From assembly GCA_964016885.1 (NCBI GenBank), contig OZ024756.1, forward strand, positions 23,560,001 to 23,624,000: a DNA stretch of 64,000 nucleotides, written 5' to 3'. This document shows positions 44,029 through 58,686 of this stretch, in pieces. This stretch comes from Eledone cirrhosa. Its lineage: Eukaryota. The translations under genes were made by a program, and so were the position numbers. Numbering within the stretch: the first letter of the stretch is position 1; each line of letters starts with the position of its first letter. The notes beneath the pieces were generated by a model. It had not been told where the DNA came from. It ran no database searches and saw only the letters and a list, made by a program, of their open reading frames with translations.

Positions 44029-44511
44029 ACATATGTATATATATATATATGCATACATGTATATATATGCATACATGTCTATATATATGTATATTTAATC
44101 ATATACATATATCCACACACACAACAATCTCTATTTATCCATCTACATATTCCTTGTCGTCCGTTTATATATATATATATACAGTATATATATATACAGA
44201 GAGGGGGGGGATATATACAATATATATATGTATATTGTATATATCCCTCCCTCTCTGTATTTCATCTACTACACACACAGACCCCCAACGCTAAAATTAC
44301 ACTCATCCTCACAGGTAATTGAGTGTAATTGCACGTAATAATAGCGTAAAAGACCCACGAATGAGCGCCAAAGTTAGATCCTGGAGTTTTCCGGAAGAAC
44401 GCTAGGTGTGATTATTTCTGTTTCCGGTGTACTGACGCTGCGGGTGGCTGTTGTACATCATATCTGCTGGCTTTCATTTCTCTTCTGCTCTCTCTTTTTG
44501 TCATCACACTA

Positions 44512-44567
<56 letters not shown>

Positions 44568-44610
44568 CTCTCTCCCTCTCTCACTTTTTCTTTTCTCTCC
44601 CTCCCTCTCC

Positions 44611-44652
<42 letters not shown>

Positions 44653-45028
44653 TTTTTCTTTCTCTTTCCCTCTCTCACTTTTTCTTTTCTCTCCCTCCCT
44701 CTCTCTCTCTCTTTCCCTCTCTCCCTATCTCTATCTATCTATTTATCTATCTATCTATTTATCTATCTATCTCTGTCTTTGCCGACTCATCAAATGTGTC
44801 TTTAGCCTTATTTAACCGTATCATATCATATCTATCTATCTATATATCTATCTATCTATCTATCTATATATCTATCTATATACATATATATATCAATCAT
44901 CTATATATCTATCTATCTATCTGTCTGTCTGTCTATCTATCTAGCTGTCTATCAATCTATCTGCCTATCTGTCTGTCTGTCTATCTGCCTATACCAATCC
45001 CTCTCCCACTCTCTCTCTCTCTCTCTCT

Positions 45029-45127
<99 letters not shown>

Positions 45128-45406
45128 TGTGTTTCCCCATTTGTGTGTCCGCCATTGTATATTTATCTACTTCTTTCCCACAATGTCAAACTCGTCTGTC
45201 TCTCACATTTAATACTCATTCTCTCTCTCTCTCTCCCTCTCTCTCTCTCTCCCTCTCTCTCTTTTTTTTTTCCTCTGTCACCACTCTTCTTCTTCTTCTT
45301 CTTCTTCTTCTTCTTTCTACTTCTTATTTTTCTTCTTCTTTAACACTTTACTGAGATTCTGTTTTGTTGTAAAAAAATATATTATGAGCATCTCTCCCAC
45401 TCTCTC

Positions 45407-45451
<45 letters not shown>

Positions 45452-45787
45452 CTCTGTTCCACTCCCACTCTCTCACACCCTCTCCCTCTCCTATTCTCTC
45501 TCTCACTCACTCCCACTCACTCTCTCTCCCACTTCTTCCCACTCACTCTCTCTCCCACTTTCTCTTCCACTCTCTCTCCCACACTCTCTCTCTCTCTCTC
45601 ACTCTCACTCTCTTTCTCCACTCTTTATCTCTCACTCTTTTTCTTTCACTTTATCTCCCTCTCAGTCACTCTCCAATTGTGTGTGTATATATATAAATAT
45701 AATGGGTGTGTGTGTATACGTAGACATATGAATATATGCATATATGTATATAAACATACATATACGCATATATACACATATATGTAA

Positions 45788-45879
<92 letters not shown>

Positions 45880-46100
45880 CTAGCAATTTGTCTGTCTGTC
45901 TGTCTTTCAGTCTCTCATTTTTCTATTTAGTGTCGTGATTGACGTCCTCAATTTTCGTCAATTTGGTCTTTTTTTATATCAAACACACACACATAGACAC
46001 ACATAGACACACATAGACACACATAGACACACATACACGCACATACACACAAGAATGTGAATATATACATAAATATTTATATACATACATGCATACATAC

Positions 46101-46134
<34 letters not shown>

Positions 46135-46229
46135 GGGGGGAGAGAGAAAGTGAGAGAGACAGATATACAGATAGATCGATACATACATACGTACATATAT
46201 ATATATATACATACAACCATACATGCATG

Positions 46230-46512
46230 GATCCTTCATATCCACCATACTTCCCATCAAACATCCGTCCTGTCCACTATACTTCCCATCAAACATCCTT
46301 GAATCCATCATACTTCCCGTCAAACATCCTTCCTATTCACTATACTTCCCATCAAACATCCTTGTATCCACCATACGTGCCGTCAAACATGTCTCCTATC
46401 CACCATACTTCCCGTCATACATTCCTCCTACCCACCATACTTGCCATCAAACATCTCTTCTATCCACGATACTTACCATCAAACATCCTTCGTATCCACC
46501 ATCAAACATTCT
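46230..46512. repeat. ~31-33 bp minisatellite, ~9 copies
   Basis: Unit atccaccatacttcccatcaaacatcct. Confidence 0.9.
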
Positions 46513-46628
46513 CTTACCGTGTATTCATTGATCTTGGCAAATATTTCAGACATCTTTTTTTTTCCGTCCAAATTTCAAGGTGGTGGTGGTGGTGGTGGTG
46601 GTAGTGGCGGTGGTGGTGGTGGTGGTGG

Positions 46629-46675
<47 letters not shown>

Positions 46676-46771
46676 TTGTTAATGTTGTTGTTGCTTTGGC
46701 GTTGTTGTTGTTGCTGGTGGAGATGGTGGTGGTGGTGGTGGCAATGGCAATAGTGACAACAACAATAACGG

Positions 46772-46988
46772 TTTCAGATTTAGGCACAAGGCCAACAATT
46801 TTCGGGAGGAGGGGATAATCGATTGAATCAACCCCAGTGCATTACTGGTATTTTATTTTATCGACCCCGTAAGGATGAAAGGCAAAGCTAACCTCGGCGG
46901 GATTTGAACTCATAATGTAAACGGCCGTAACTCTGTGCCACAAAGCATGTTGTCCGACGCTCTACCGATTACTGCCAACCCACTGCCC
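46772..46988 (-). mobile_element. SINE-like copy (longer 3' variant)
   Basis: Same core; retains the gggagga..tcgattgaatcaacccc segment missing from the short subfamily. Confidence 0.8.
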
Positions 46989-48490
46989 TCAAGTGACACC
47001 AACAATAACAACAACAATAATGTGTCCAGAAGCAATAAAATACATCAACAGCGATATGGCACTCCGTCGGTTACGACGAGGAGTGTTCCAGGTGATACGA
47101 TCAAGGGAACGGACTGCTCGTGTAATTAACGTGCAAGTATCTGAGCATTCCACACACACACACACATACATCACACCACATGCACACACACATCACACAC
47201 ACTCACACAATACACACACACACACAATACTCACACTCACACACACACGCATACACACATCAACCACATATACATAAACACAACACACACACTCACACAA
47301 TACACACATACACACACCACATACACCACACATACACACAATAGTTACAACACAAACACACACATATACACACACACCACACACATACAAACACACCACA
47401 CACACACGCGCACACACACACACACATACACACAATAGATACAACATACACACATAAACACACACCACACACACACACACACACACAATAGATACAACAT
47501 ACACACATACACACAGTAGATACAACACACATACACACACGCACACACACACCACGCACACACTACCGTCTCTCTACACCCCCTCTCTCTCTCTCTCTCT
47601 CTACGTCATATCTTCTCATGTCTGGTTCTATTGTCTGTCCATTAGTAATCAACCAGTGTTGTCTGCTGCTATTAAAGTTTCTCATTTAATCATCATACAC
47701 CTCACCTTTCTTTCTTTCTCTCTCTCTGTTTTTCATTGTTTCTTGATTTTTCTTTCTCTTCTCTCTTCCTTTCGTTCTTTAAGTCTTTCTTTCTCTCTTT
47801 CAATGATTATTTCTTTCCTTCTTTCTCTCTTTCAAACTTACTCTATTTATTTTTCTATTTTTTTTTTCTATTTTTCTTCCTATCTTCTTTCTTTCTTTCA
47901 TTCACTTATATTTTCTTTCTGACATTCATTTTTTTTTTATTCTTTACCTTTCGTTTCTTTCTTTTTCTCTTTCTTTCTTTCTTTCTTTCTTTATTTATTT
48001 ATTTATTTATTTCCTTCTTTCTTTTTCCTCTTTCTTCTCGTCTGACTTTCTTTTTCCTTCTATCTTTCTTCCCTTCTTTCTCTCTCTATTTTCTTCCTTC
48101 CTTTTTTTTTTACTCTCCTTCTTCCTTACTCTATATTTCACTCTTTCTTTCTTTCTGCCTTTTTCTCATTTATATTCTTTGATGTCTCTCTCTCTCTCTT
48201 TCCTTCTCTCCTTATTTCTCTCCTTCTTAAAGTACGAACAACTTTAATCTTACAACTAAAACCACATTGTGATTTCATTTGCAATTATTTGACTTGATGT
48301 CCTCCTCCCCAACACACACACCACACCACCACCACACCGCCACCACCACCACACCACCACCACCACCACCACCACCACCCTACCCCCGACGCCCAACCTC
48401 CCCATCTCCACTAACATACACACACTTCAATATTTGCTTGATTTTGTATTGTATTCTGTGTGCGCACGCCAATCAGTTGTGTATACTTCA

Positions 48491-48543
<53 letters not shown>

Positions 48544-48675
48544 ATAAGTGTGTGTGTGTGTGTAAGTAAGTCTATCATGTGTGAGAATGATAAAGATAGA
48601 GACTGATTGTGTGTGTGTGTGTGTGTGTGCGTGTGTGTAGGTTTATCATGTGTGAGAATGAGAGAGATATAGACT

Positions 48676-48766
<91 letters not shown>

Positions 48767-49235
48767 TGAGAGATAGAGACTGCTTGTGTGTATATGTGTG
48801 TTTGATTAGTTCAAGCTATTGCATGTGAAAGGATATAACCGTAAAGGCACATTAATAACAATAATAGTAATAATAACAACAACAACAATAATAATAATAA
48901 TAATGATAACAATAGAAATGGAATCAAGGAAATACAGATACTAACAACTTCACGACGACAAAATTAGTCCAATATAAATGAAAAAGAGAACATATATATG
49001 CATATATATACATATATATACATATATATATACATATATACATATATATATACATATATATATACATATATATAAATATATTAATTCTGTTATTAATTCT
49101 GGCAATATTATTACACAAATATGACCCTTCCCAAGTATAAATATATATATAAATATATACATACATATATATATACATATACACATATATATATATATAT
49201 ATACATACATATATATTTTACATATACATATATAT

Positions 49236-49317
<82 letters not shown>

Positions 49318-49405
49318 ATATATGTATATATAAAACATATATATATAAACATATATATATATACATATATACACATATATATATATATATATACTATAGA
49401 GTAAA

Positions 49406-49500
<95 letters not shown>

Positions 49501-50510
49501 ATACTTGTATATATAATGAAACCTAAAAACAACAACAAAAATAAGACCCATAACAATAACAACAACAACAACAACAACAAACAACTAATGAAAACTATGA
49601 AATAAATCTTCCTAGAAGCTATTTTACTCCTGTCAATTCATTATTTTATCATGCTTTCTCACTTTTTAGTAAGTCCTCTTCATTTTACCGAGTGAGAAAC
49701 CGATAGCCATCAAATGCTAAACTAAAAACCACAAAGAAGAAGGATTATAAAAGCAGACGATACAGGGTGTGGAGCTGGTGGAGGTGTTGGAGGAAAATCA
49801 AAACAAAAATAAAAATACGTCATCTTTATGTTTTATATTCTTCTTGTTCTTCTTCTTCTTCGTGTGTTCCTTCTTCTTCCCCTTCTTCTTTTTCGTGAGT
49901 TTCTTCTTCTTCTTCTTCTTCTTCTTCTTCTTCTTCTTCTTCTTCTTCTTCTTCTTCTTCTTCTTCTTCTTCTTCTTCCCCACCCCTCCATTCTCTTGCA
50001 CTCGATATCAATTGTTTGTCGGAAGTTTGGTCCTTTCTCAAATGTCTGTATGTCAATATTCTCCTCATCAACACCACAACACACCACACCACACACCACA
50101 CAACACACTACACCACACACCACACAACACACCACACACCACACCATACGCCACACACCACACCACACAACACAGCACACTACACACTACACGCCACACG
50201 CCACGTACAATAATACACCTCTGATCATCATCAAAAGATATGCAAAGAATAAAAGCCACATAAAGCAAACGCTCACACATACATACATACAGACATATAT
50301 ACATACATATACATACATACACAAATACAGACATATACATATATACATAAAGACAGGCACATATATACATATATATACGCATACCCACACATGCATACAT
50401 ACATACATACATACATACATACATACATACATACATACATACATACACATGCATACACACACTCAAACACATACATTCATTCTCGTATACTCTCGCCATC
50501 TTTTCATTTG

Positions 50511-50632
<122 letters not shown>

Positions 50633-50768
50633 TCTCTCTCTCTCTATCTCTCACTCTCTCTCCTTTTCTCGATCAATCAATCAGGTAACATTATTGTTCG
50701 CTTGTTAATATTAATAACGAAACGGCAAGAAGCGATTAGTTTCAATTTTTGCATCGATGAATGGATAA

Positions 50769-50848
<80 letters not shown>

Positions 50849-50850
<2 letters not shown>

Positions 50851-51456
50851 TTCTTTATTTACCATAAAGGCATAAAAAGAAGGGACAAATACAAAGGGGG
50901 AGTTTACATATAATCGAGTAAAAAGGGTGTAACATGAAAATAATCGAAAATAACCTCAAAAGGGAGGGGACGTGATGGGGGTTGCACACACCCCCGAAAA
51001 AGTGTGCAATCCTTTGCCCGGGGAGCACATGGAGAAGGTGCTCCCCTCTCCTTTACTTCTTTACCTACAGGATGGTATACAGAGAAGGCCCATTTACACG
51101 AGCCATTCTCGCCACTATCACCCACCTTTCATAAAACTGCCTGTGGCCAAGGACCTCTCTCTCCATTCTTATCCTTCTTCCGAAGTGATATCGGAAGAAG
51201 TAGACCAGACTATGGCCAGAGAGGAAGTTGCCTGACCTCAGACCTTTCAATCGTGTCCACCAAACAACCTCTTTCAACATGGCTATTACGCACAGAAAAA
51301 CCGCCTTTGCTTCCTTTGTGAAGAGGGGAGGCGGTTTGATTGTTATCACGGACTCGGCGGTCAATTTAATCGGCGCCACCCGCGACAGCAGTTGTTCGGC
51401 GTAGCCCCACAGATCAGCCACGCCCGGACATTGCACCAATGCGTGCGCTACGGTTC

Positions 51457-51458
<2 letters not shown>
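50849..51458 (-). mobile_element. Tx1/L1-clade LINE 3' end inserted in (GATA)n
   Basis: ORF 51065-51439 begins in the zinc-knuckle tail (TVAHAL/VQCPGVADLW...VVWWTR), typical of L1/Tx1 ORF2 C-termini. The 3' UTR ends aataaagaaa; (GATA)n lies on both sides. Confidence 0.75.
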
Positions 51459-51513
<55 letters not shown>

Positions 51514-51688
51514 CGGATGGATGGATGACTGATGATAGGATTAACATTTCAAAAAAGAATAAATATAGATAAACAAATAATCGAACAAATAAATAGATAA
51601 ATAAATAAAATAGGATAAAAACCAAAAGAAAACAAATATATGTCGTCTGGTCAGAGAGTTTCTTTATTTCATTATTTCATTATTATTA

Positions 51689-51735
<47 letters not shown>

Positions 51736-51930
51736 GTGGATTGGCGGTATCGGTAGAGGGTCAGACGCCATGCTTTGCAACAAAGAGTTACGGCGCTTTA
51801 TGGTCTGAGTTCAAATCCCGCCGAGGTTAACTTTGCCTTTCATCGTTACGAGGTCGATAAAATAAAGTACCAGTAATGTACTGGGTATGTTGCTGGCCTT
51901 GTGCCAAAAGTAGAAACAATTATTATTATT
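51736..51930 (+). mobile_element. Young SINE-like copy within (ATT)n
   Basis: Same consensus; (ATT)n on both sides. Confidence 0.85.
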
Positions 51931-52094
51931 ATTACAGTTGCATTTATCTTGCTTTATGTTCATACGAGTTATCACCAAGTCACAACCAGTGACCTCAAGA
52001 GACAACAAGGTCCGCCATGTTCAAAAAAGAACATACATACACACACATGCATCTTTAGGTGTTTAGACCTGTGATGTACTTATATTGACAGAAT

Positions 52095-54660
52095 ATTAAT
52101 ACTATCTTTTGTATTTCTCCTATACGCGGGTTTCCTGGGATTTGCGATAAGTAATCATTAGACCCCTTAGGTATCATTCCTAGAGCGCCTATAACCACTG
52201 GTATTGTTTTAGTTCTCAATTTCCACATTTTTCCAATTTCTATCTCCAGGTCCTTATACTTGCTCAATTTTTCAAATGTTTTTATAGATACATTCTTGTC
52301 TATTGGAACGGACATATCAATTAGCAGGCATACCCTCTTTTTAAAGTCCTTCAGTATTATATCAGGTCTATTTGCATCTATTTTTCGGTCTGTTTGGATG
52401 CTAAAGTTCCACAAGATTGAGATGTGATCTTTTTCAAGTATGGGAGGTGGTTGATGCTCCCACCAATTCTTTTGATGGGGAAAGTCAAAATGCTTACACA
52501 TTATCCAATGTATGTATTGTGCAGCTCTGTGATGCCTGTTTATGTATTCGGTTGGAGCTATAGGACTGCACATTGAAATTATATGATCAATGGTCTCTGG
52601 TTGTTTTTTACATACACGACATAATGGGTTGCATCCATTTTTTATTATGTTGGCTTGGTAATTTTTTGTTGGCAGACACTGATCTTGTGCTGATATTATC
52701 AGTCCTTCAGTCTCCGATTTCAGTCCAGAGGAGGCCAACCACTGATGGGTTAAAGTTTTATAAACATCAGGATTGTTAGCTCTTTCTGGGTATTTTCCAT
52801 ACAGAGGCTTTTCTTGCCATTTCTTAGCCAGTTTCTGTAGCAGTTCTTTCTTTGCAGTTACTTTTACCTGCTTTGCTTTTTCTGTGTTTTCCATTTCAGC
52901 AGTAAATGGGACTTCTGAAATTTGTAGTCCATTACTGTATTTTTGTGCATCTTTTGTAATGGAGTATGATCTTTTGATGCTTTCGTGTTTCAAAACGAGT
53001 TTAATCATCCAATCATGTGATTCCCTTAGATGTGTAGATAATCCAATTGTTGCAGTTTTCAACGCAATATCTAACTGGATTAACCCACGTCCTCCTTCTT
53101 TCCTAGGGAGATATATTCTATCTGTATCTGCTTTAGGGTGATGCATTCTGTGCATGGTTAAGAATTTTCTAATTTTTGTATCGTGCCTACGGATCTCTGT
53201 GCTTGACCAGTTGATGACATTGTAACTGTAGGTTACTACTGGTATGGCAAGCGTGTTTATGGCATCGATCCTATTCCTTGCATTCAATTCCGTTCTTAAG
53301 ATTGCTATTACTCTGCGGTAACATTCCTTCCCTATCCTTTCCCTCATAGTCGAGTGCTTGATTTCATCTCCTTCACAAACACCTAGATATTTGTAAGTTT
53401 CCTCTTGATCAAGTTCTCTTATCACATTCCCCCGATCAAGATTAATGTCTGAACTTTTCAGCAGCTTTACTCTGGTGAACGTTGCTTTGGCGCATTTATC
53501 TAGTCCAAGCTCCATTTTAATGTCATCACTGAACTGTTCCACAGTGGATAATAGCCCTTGCAATTGTTCATCATTTTTTGCAAATAGTTTCAGGTCATCC
53601 ATGTAGAACAAGTGATTAATGGTTTTGTCATAGACTTTATATCCATGTTTTGTTTCATTGAGCATTTTACTTAATGGTATAAGTGCGATGTAGAATAAAA
53701 GCGGTGATAAAGAGTCACCCTGAAAAATTCCACAATTAACATTAACTTCTCCAGCTTCCAGTGATTTTTTTTCACTTTTCAAAAGGAGTGTCGTTTTCCA
53801 TGTCTTCATAATGAATGACAGGAACCTCCTGACAACGGGAGATATTTTGAAAATCTCTAAACATTTTTCAATCCAACTGTGTGGCAAACTATCGAATGCT
53901 TTTTTATAATCTATCCAATCAATTGATAGATTTTTGTGTCTATTATGACAATCTTCCAGTATCATTTTGTTAACCAAAAGCTAATCCTTACAGCCATATG
54001 AGCCTCGTTTACACCCTTTCTGCTCATTGGGAAATAGATCATTTGTTATCAGGGGGTCATATGTATATTCAGTTAGGACTGATGTTAAAATGTTATACAT
54101 TGTGGTCAAGCAAGTTTTCGGTCTGTAATTTTGGGGATTGTTTGTCTCATCATTCTTCGGAAGCAGGAATGTAATGCCGTTAACTAGCCATGATGGTATC
54201 TTTTCTGGCTCCTTAACTATTTCATTGTAAAGTTGGGCCAACAGCTCATGAGACTCTGTGAAGGCATTTATCCAAAAATTTAGTATTTTGTCTTTTCCTG
54301 GGGATTTCCATTTGCTGGTTTTTCTAAGAGCCAAACGCAACTGTTCAACTGTTATATTTTCCCATATTTGTTCCTCAAGGTGAGCTGTATCTTTCATTTG
54401 TCTGTCTATCCATGGGGCATGTATATTATGAACTTTTTCTTCGGCCCAGATCTTTTCCCAGAATTCTTGCACTTCCTCCTTGGGTGGTATTGATTTAGCA
54501 GTTATTGTTGACTTGCCAATTTTTCTGTAGAAGTTTCTTTGGTTGTTTTTGAACATATTATTGTCCTTATAGAATCTAGATCGTTTTTCAAAGCGTCTTA
54601 TACGAACAGCTTTGGCCGACACTTTTTGCTTGATTATTTCTATCAGCATGTCTATGTCAC
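52095..54660 (-). mobile_element. R4/Dong-type non-LTR retrotransposon (RT + CCHC zinc knuckle + restriction-like endonuclease), truncated at both ends, one in-frame stop
   Basis: ORFs 53981-54649 and 52055-53977 are in the same frame, separated by a TAG at 53981-53983 (GCKD*LLVNKMILED; GCKDQLL expected). RT motifs KSPGKD, DYKKAFDSLPH, GIFQGDSLSPLLF, HLFYMDDLKLF, YKYLG. Zinc knuckle CRVCKKQPETIDHIISMC. RLE motifs RPDIILKD..LIDMSVP..EKLSKY. Similarity appears to end after IQKIVL. The 5' end abuts (TTA)n at ~54669-54685. Confidence 0.93.
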
Positions 54661-54685
54661 TTGTTGATTATTATTATTATTATTA

Positions 54686-54875
54686 TGGTGAATTGGCAGT
54701 ATCGGTAGAGGGTTGGACGCCATGCTTTCTAGCATAGTTACGTCCCTTTACAGTCTGAGTTCAAATCCCGCCGAGGTTGACTTTGCCTTTCATCCTTACG
54801 GGGTCGATAAAATAAAGTACCAGTAATGTACTGGGCAATTGCTGGCCTTGTGCCTAAAGTAGAAACAATTATTAT
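54686..54875 (+). mobile_element. Young SINE-like copy within (ATT)n, next to the 5' end of the R4/Dong element
   Basis: Same consensus. Confidence 0.85.
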
Positions 54876-56494
54876 TCACTGCAAACACAATTGGAAAGGA
54901 ATACCTTGTTCAGGTAAAATAATATCATCATCATCATCATCATTGTCACTCATCGTCGTCATTGTCATCACTGTCATCGTCATCGCCATCATTAATGTCA
55001 TCATCATCATTATTGTCCTCATCATCATCATTGTCACCATCATCATCATTGTCACCATCATCATCGCAGTCATTATCATCATCACTATCATCATCAATAT
55101 CACCATCATCATCATCGTTATTTTAATCATCGTTTTCATAATCATCATCATCATCATCACCATTGTCATCATCATCATCATCATCATCATCATCACCCTT
55201 ATCGTCATCATCATCATCATTATCATCATCATCATCGTAATCATCATTGTCATCATCATCATCATCACAATCATTATTATAGGGATTATCATCATCACTA
55301 TCATCATCAGCATCATCGTTATTTTAATCATCGTTATCATCATCATCATCATCATCATCATCGTTGTCATCTTCATCAATAGTTCAATGCTCACCACCAT
55401 CATTACAACCACTCCAACATCAACCGCAACCACCGACACAACAACAACAACATCCACAACAATATCCACAACAACAACAACAGCCACAACAATATCCACA
55501 ACAACAACCACAACAACAACAATATTCACAACAACAACCACAACAACAACAATATTCACAACAACAACCACAACAACAACAATATTCACAACAACATTCA
55601 AAACAACAACAAAAGCAAAAACAACAACAATTACGAAACGATAATCAGATCGAGATAGTAAAAGAGAGAAAGAAAGAGAGAAATAAGGAGAAAATGAGGA
55701 ATGTGAGAGAGAGGGGGGGAGAAAGGGGAGAGAAAGAGAGAAAGATGAGAGAAAAGAGTGAATGAGTGAGAAAGAGAAAGAGAGAAAGAGGGAAAGAGTA
55801 AATGGGAGAGAGAAAGAGAGAACAAGAGAAAGTAGGGAGAGATGGAGAGAAAGAGAACGCAGAGAGAGAGACGCAGAGAGAGAAAGAGAGAGAGAAAGTA
55901 GAGAGAAAGGAGAGAGAAAGAGAAAGTATATATAGAGAGAGAGAGTGAGAGAGAGAGCGAGAGAGATAGGGTGGGGGAGAAAGAGTAAGTAGAGAGAAAG
56001 AGTAAGTAGAGAGAAAGGAGAGAGAAAAAGAAAGTATATATATATATAAAGAGAGAGAGCGCGAGAGAGAAAGCGCGAGAGAGAGAGATATATGGGGGGG
56101 GGGAGAAAGAGTAAGTAGAGAGAAGGGAGAGAGAAATAGTAAGTAGAGAGAAAGGAGAGAGAAAAAGAAAGTATATATATATATATATAGAGAAAGAGAG
56201 AGAGGGGGTAGAGAGAGGGGGTGAGTGAGAGGGGGTAGAGAGAGGGGTGAGTAAGAGGGGGTAGAGAGAGGGGTGAGTGAGAGGGGGGTAGAACAAAGAA
56301 AAGAAGCCAGTAAAAAGCCAGAAGTAGTAGAAATAAAAATAATCCCAATTAAATCGGAGCAATTGATTTATCGACATAAATAGTATTTTTCTTTAAAAGC
56401 TTTGCCAACATGTAATTAATATAATATTGGCAGTGAATGGACAACAGATACGTCACCATATTTTTTTATTGTCTTATTATTGACATTTATATAG

Positions 56495-56674
<180 letters not shown>

Positions 56675-56720
56675 ATATATATATATATATGTATATATAT
56701 ATAAATACTAATATGTATGT

Positions 56721-56848
<128 letters not shown>

Positions 56849-57049
56849 TATATATAAATATATATATATATATAATATATATATTATATATATATATATA
56901 TATTATATATATATATATATATATACATAAATATATATATATATATATACATCAACATCGTCATCACAGGATCACGATCATTATTATAATTACCACCATC
57001 ATCATCAGCATATCCTTATAATCATTGTCCTCATCATGATCATTATAAT

Positions 57050-57553
57050 AATAATTGTTTCTACTTTTGGCACAAGGCCAGCAATTACCCAGTTCGTTAC
57101 TGGTACTTTATTTTATCGACCCCGCAAGGATGAAAGGCAAAGTTAACCTCGGCGGGATTTAAACTCAGAATGGCAAGGGCCGTAACTCTATACGTCAAAG
57201 CATGGCGTCCGACCCTCTACCGATACTGCCAATCCATAATAATTGTTTCCACTTTTGGCACAAGGCCATCAATTACCCAGTGCATTACTGATACTTTATT
57301 TTATCGACCCCGTAAGGATGAAAGGCAAAGTTAACCTCGGCGGGATTTGAACTCAGTCCGTAAAGGGACGTAACTGTGCTGCAAAGCATGGCGACCGACC
57401 CTCTACCGATACTGCCAATCCACCGAATTCATGATAATGATTCCTGATTTAGACACAAGGCCAACAATTTGGGAGAGGGGAAAGTCGATTAAATCAACCC
57501 AGTGCATTACTGATACTTTATGTTACCGACCCCGTAAGGATAGAAGGCAAAGC
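57050..57553 (-). mobile_element. Tandem of SINE-like copies (57050-57238, 57239-57423, partial 57440-57553)
   Basis: Head-to-tail copies joined by ataat. Confidence 0.85.
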
Positions 57554-57604
<51 letters not shown>

Positions 57605-57631
57605 ATGTATGTATGTATGTATGTATGTATG

Positions 57632-58033
57632 ATGACCCCTTAGCCTTTGTCAAGGCAGAATTCTAGGAGAAGGAAAACTCTGATATAACACCTGCAACCC
57701 TGATGGTATCCAATGATGTTGACTTGTTCTTCTTTTTGGTAAATATCATCTTGGTTAAGAGAGTGGGACTGGCTTTGTGCAGTGCCTTTGCTCACTATAA
57801 AAGCTTCACGACACAGGCATTGCTTTATATCTGGAGATCTCTCTGCACTTGTCGTCACATGGTACCATGGGCCCAGCACTGTGTGTCAATAATTGTCACA
57901 GGTGCAGTGTTTGTACCAGAGTTTTCAAGTCGCTGGCTGGACTAAAAAGTCACGCTTGTTCAGCGCATTGGTAGGGGTCCTCCTACATGGATATAAAGTA
58001 GTGGCCGTACTCGAAAACGAGTTGGCAGCCACC
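57632..58033. mobile_element. Unclassified insert in (TATG)n, possibly a LINE fragment
   Basis: ~400 bp GC-richer island splitting a (TATG)n tract. ggagaaggaaaactctga resembles LINE 5' UTR segments. No convincing protein motif. Confidence 0.3.
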
Positions 58034-58089
58034 ATGTATGTATGTATGTATGTATGTATGTATGTATGTATGTATGTGAAACTGCAATA

Positions 58090-58180
<91 letters not shown>

Positions 58181-58188
<8 letters not shown>

Positions 58189-58340
58189 GGCTTCTACAGA
58201 AAAGGCTTCCTGATGATTTCTCCCGAATGAAACAGTTCTAGTCCTGTAGAAAAGCCATTTCTATATTAAATGTTTATACTCTGCTCTGTATTGAGTACCT
58301 TACTTACTGTGGTTACCTCCGATTGAACCCGGGATAAACA
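58181..58340 (+). mobile_element. Family B element with hammerhead and 5' foldback
   Basis: atagaaatggcttctacag pairs with ctgtagaaaagccatttctat; GTATTGAGTAC at 58288-58298; flanked by (TA)n. Confidence 0.7.
58204..58256 (+). ncRNA. Type I hammerhead ribozyme candidate (family B)
   Basis: ggcttc-CTGATGA(58210-58216)-t ttc tccc gaa t-GAAA(58229-58232)-cag ttctagtc ctg-TA-gaa(aa)gcc. GUA triplet. Helix II is weak and stem I has a bulge. Confidence 0.65.
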
Positions 58341-58349
58341 TATACACAA

Positions 58350-58425
<76 letters not shown>

Positions 58426-58436
58426 CAGTTATATAC

Positions 58437-58510
<74 letters not shown>

Positions 58511-58516
58511 CTATAT

Positions 58517-58622
58517 TTAGGGCGGGTAAAATTCCCCAGATCCATGGACGTGTTCTCTCCAGCGGTCTCTGTCCCTCATTATCGCTGCATGTCCTGCGTC
58601 TCCAAAAGACCAGTGTCGGCCC

Positions 58623-58625
<3 letters not shown>
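58517..58625 (-). mobile_element. RTE 3' tip, same family as 8815-8925
   Basis: Nearly identical to 8817-8923 (tagggcgggtaaaattccc.agatccatggacg...gaccagtgtc); flanked by (TA)n. Confidence 0.75.

Positions 58626-58682
<57 letters not shown>

Positions 58683-58686
<4 letters not shown>

Noticed and set aside
52055-54649. Active autonomous retrotransposon or host gene
   Set aside because: In-frame TAG at 53981-53983, missing N-terminus and lost C-terminal end; a dead copy.
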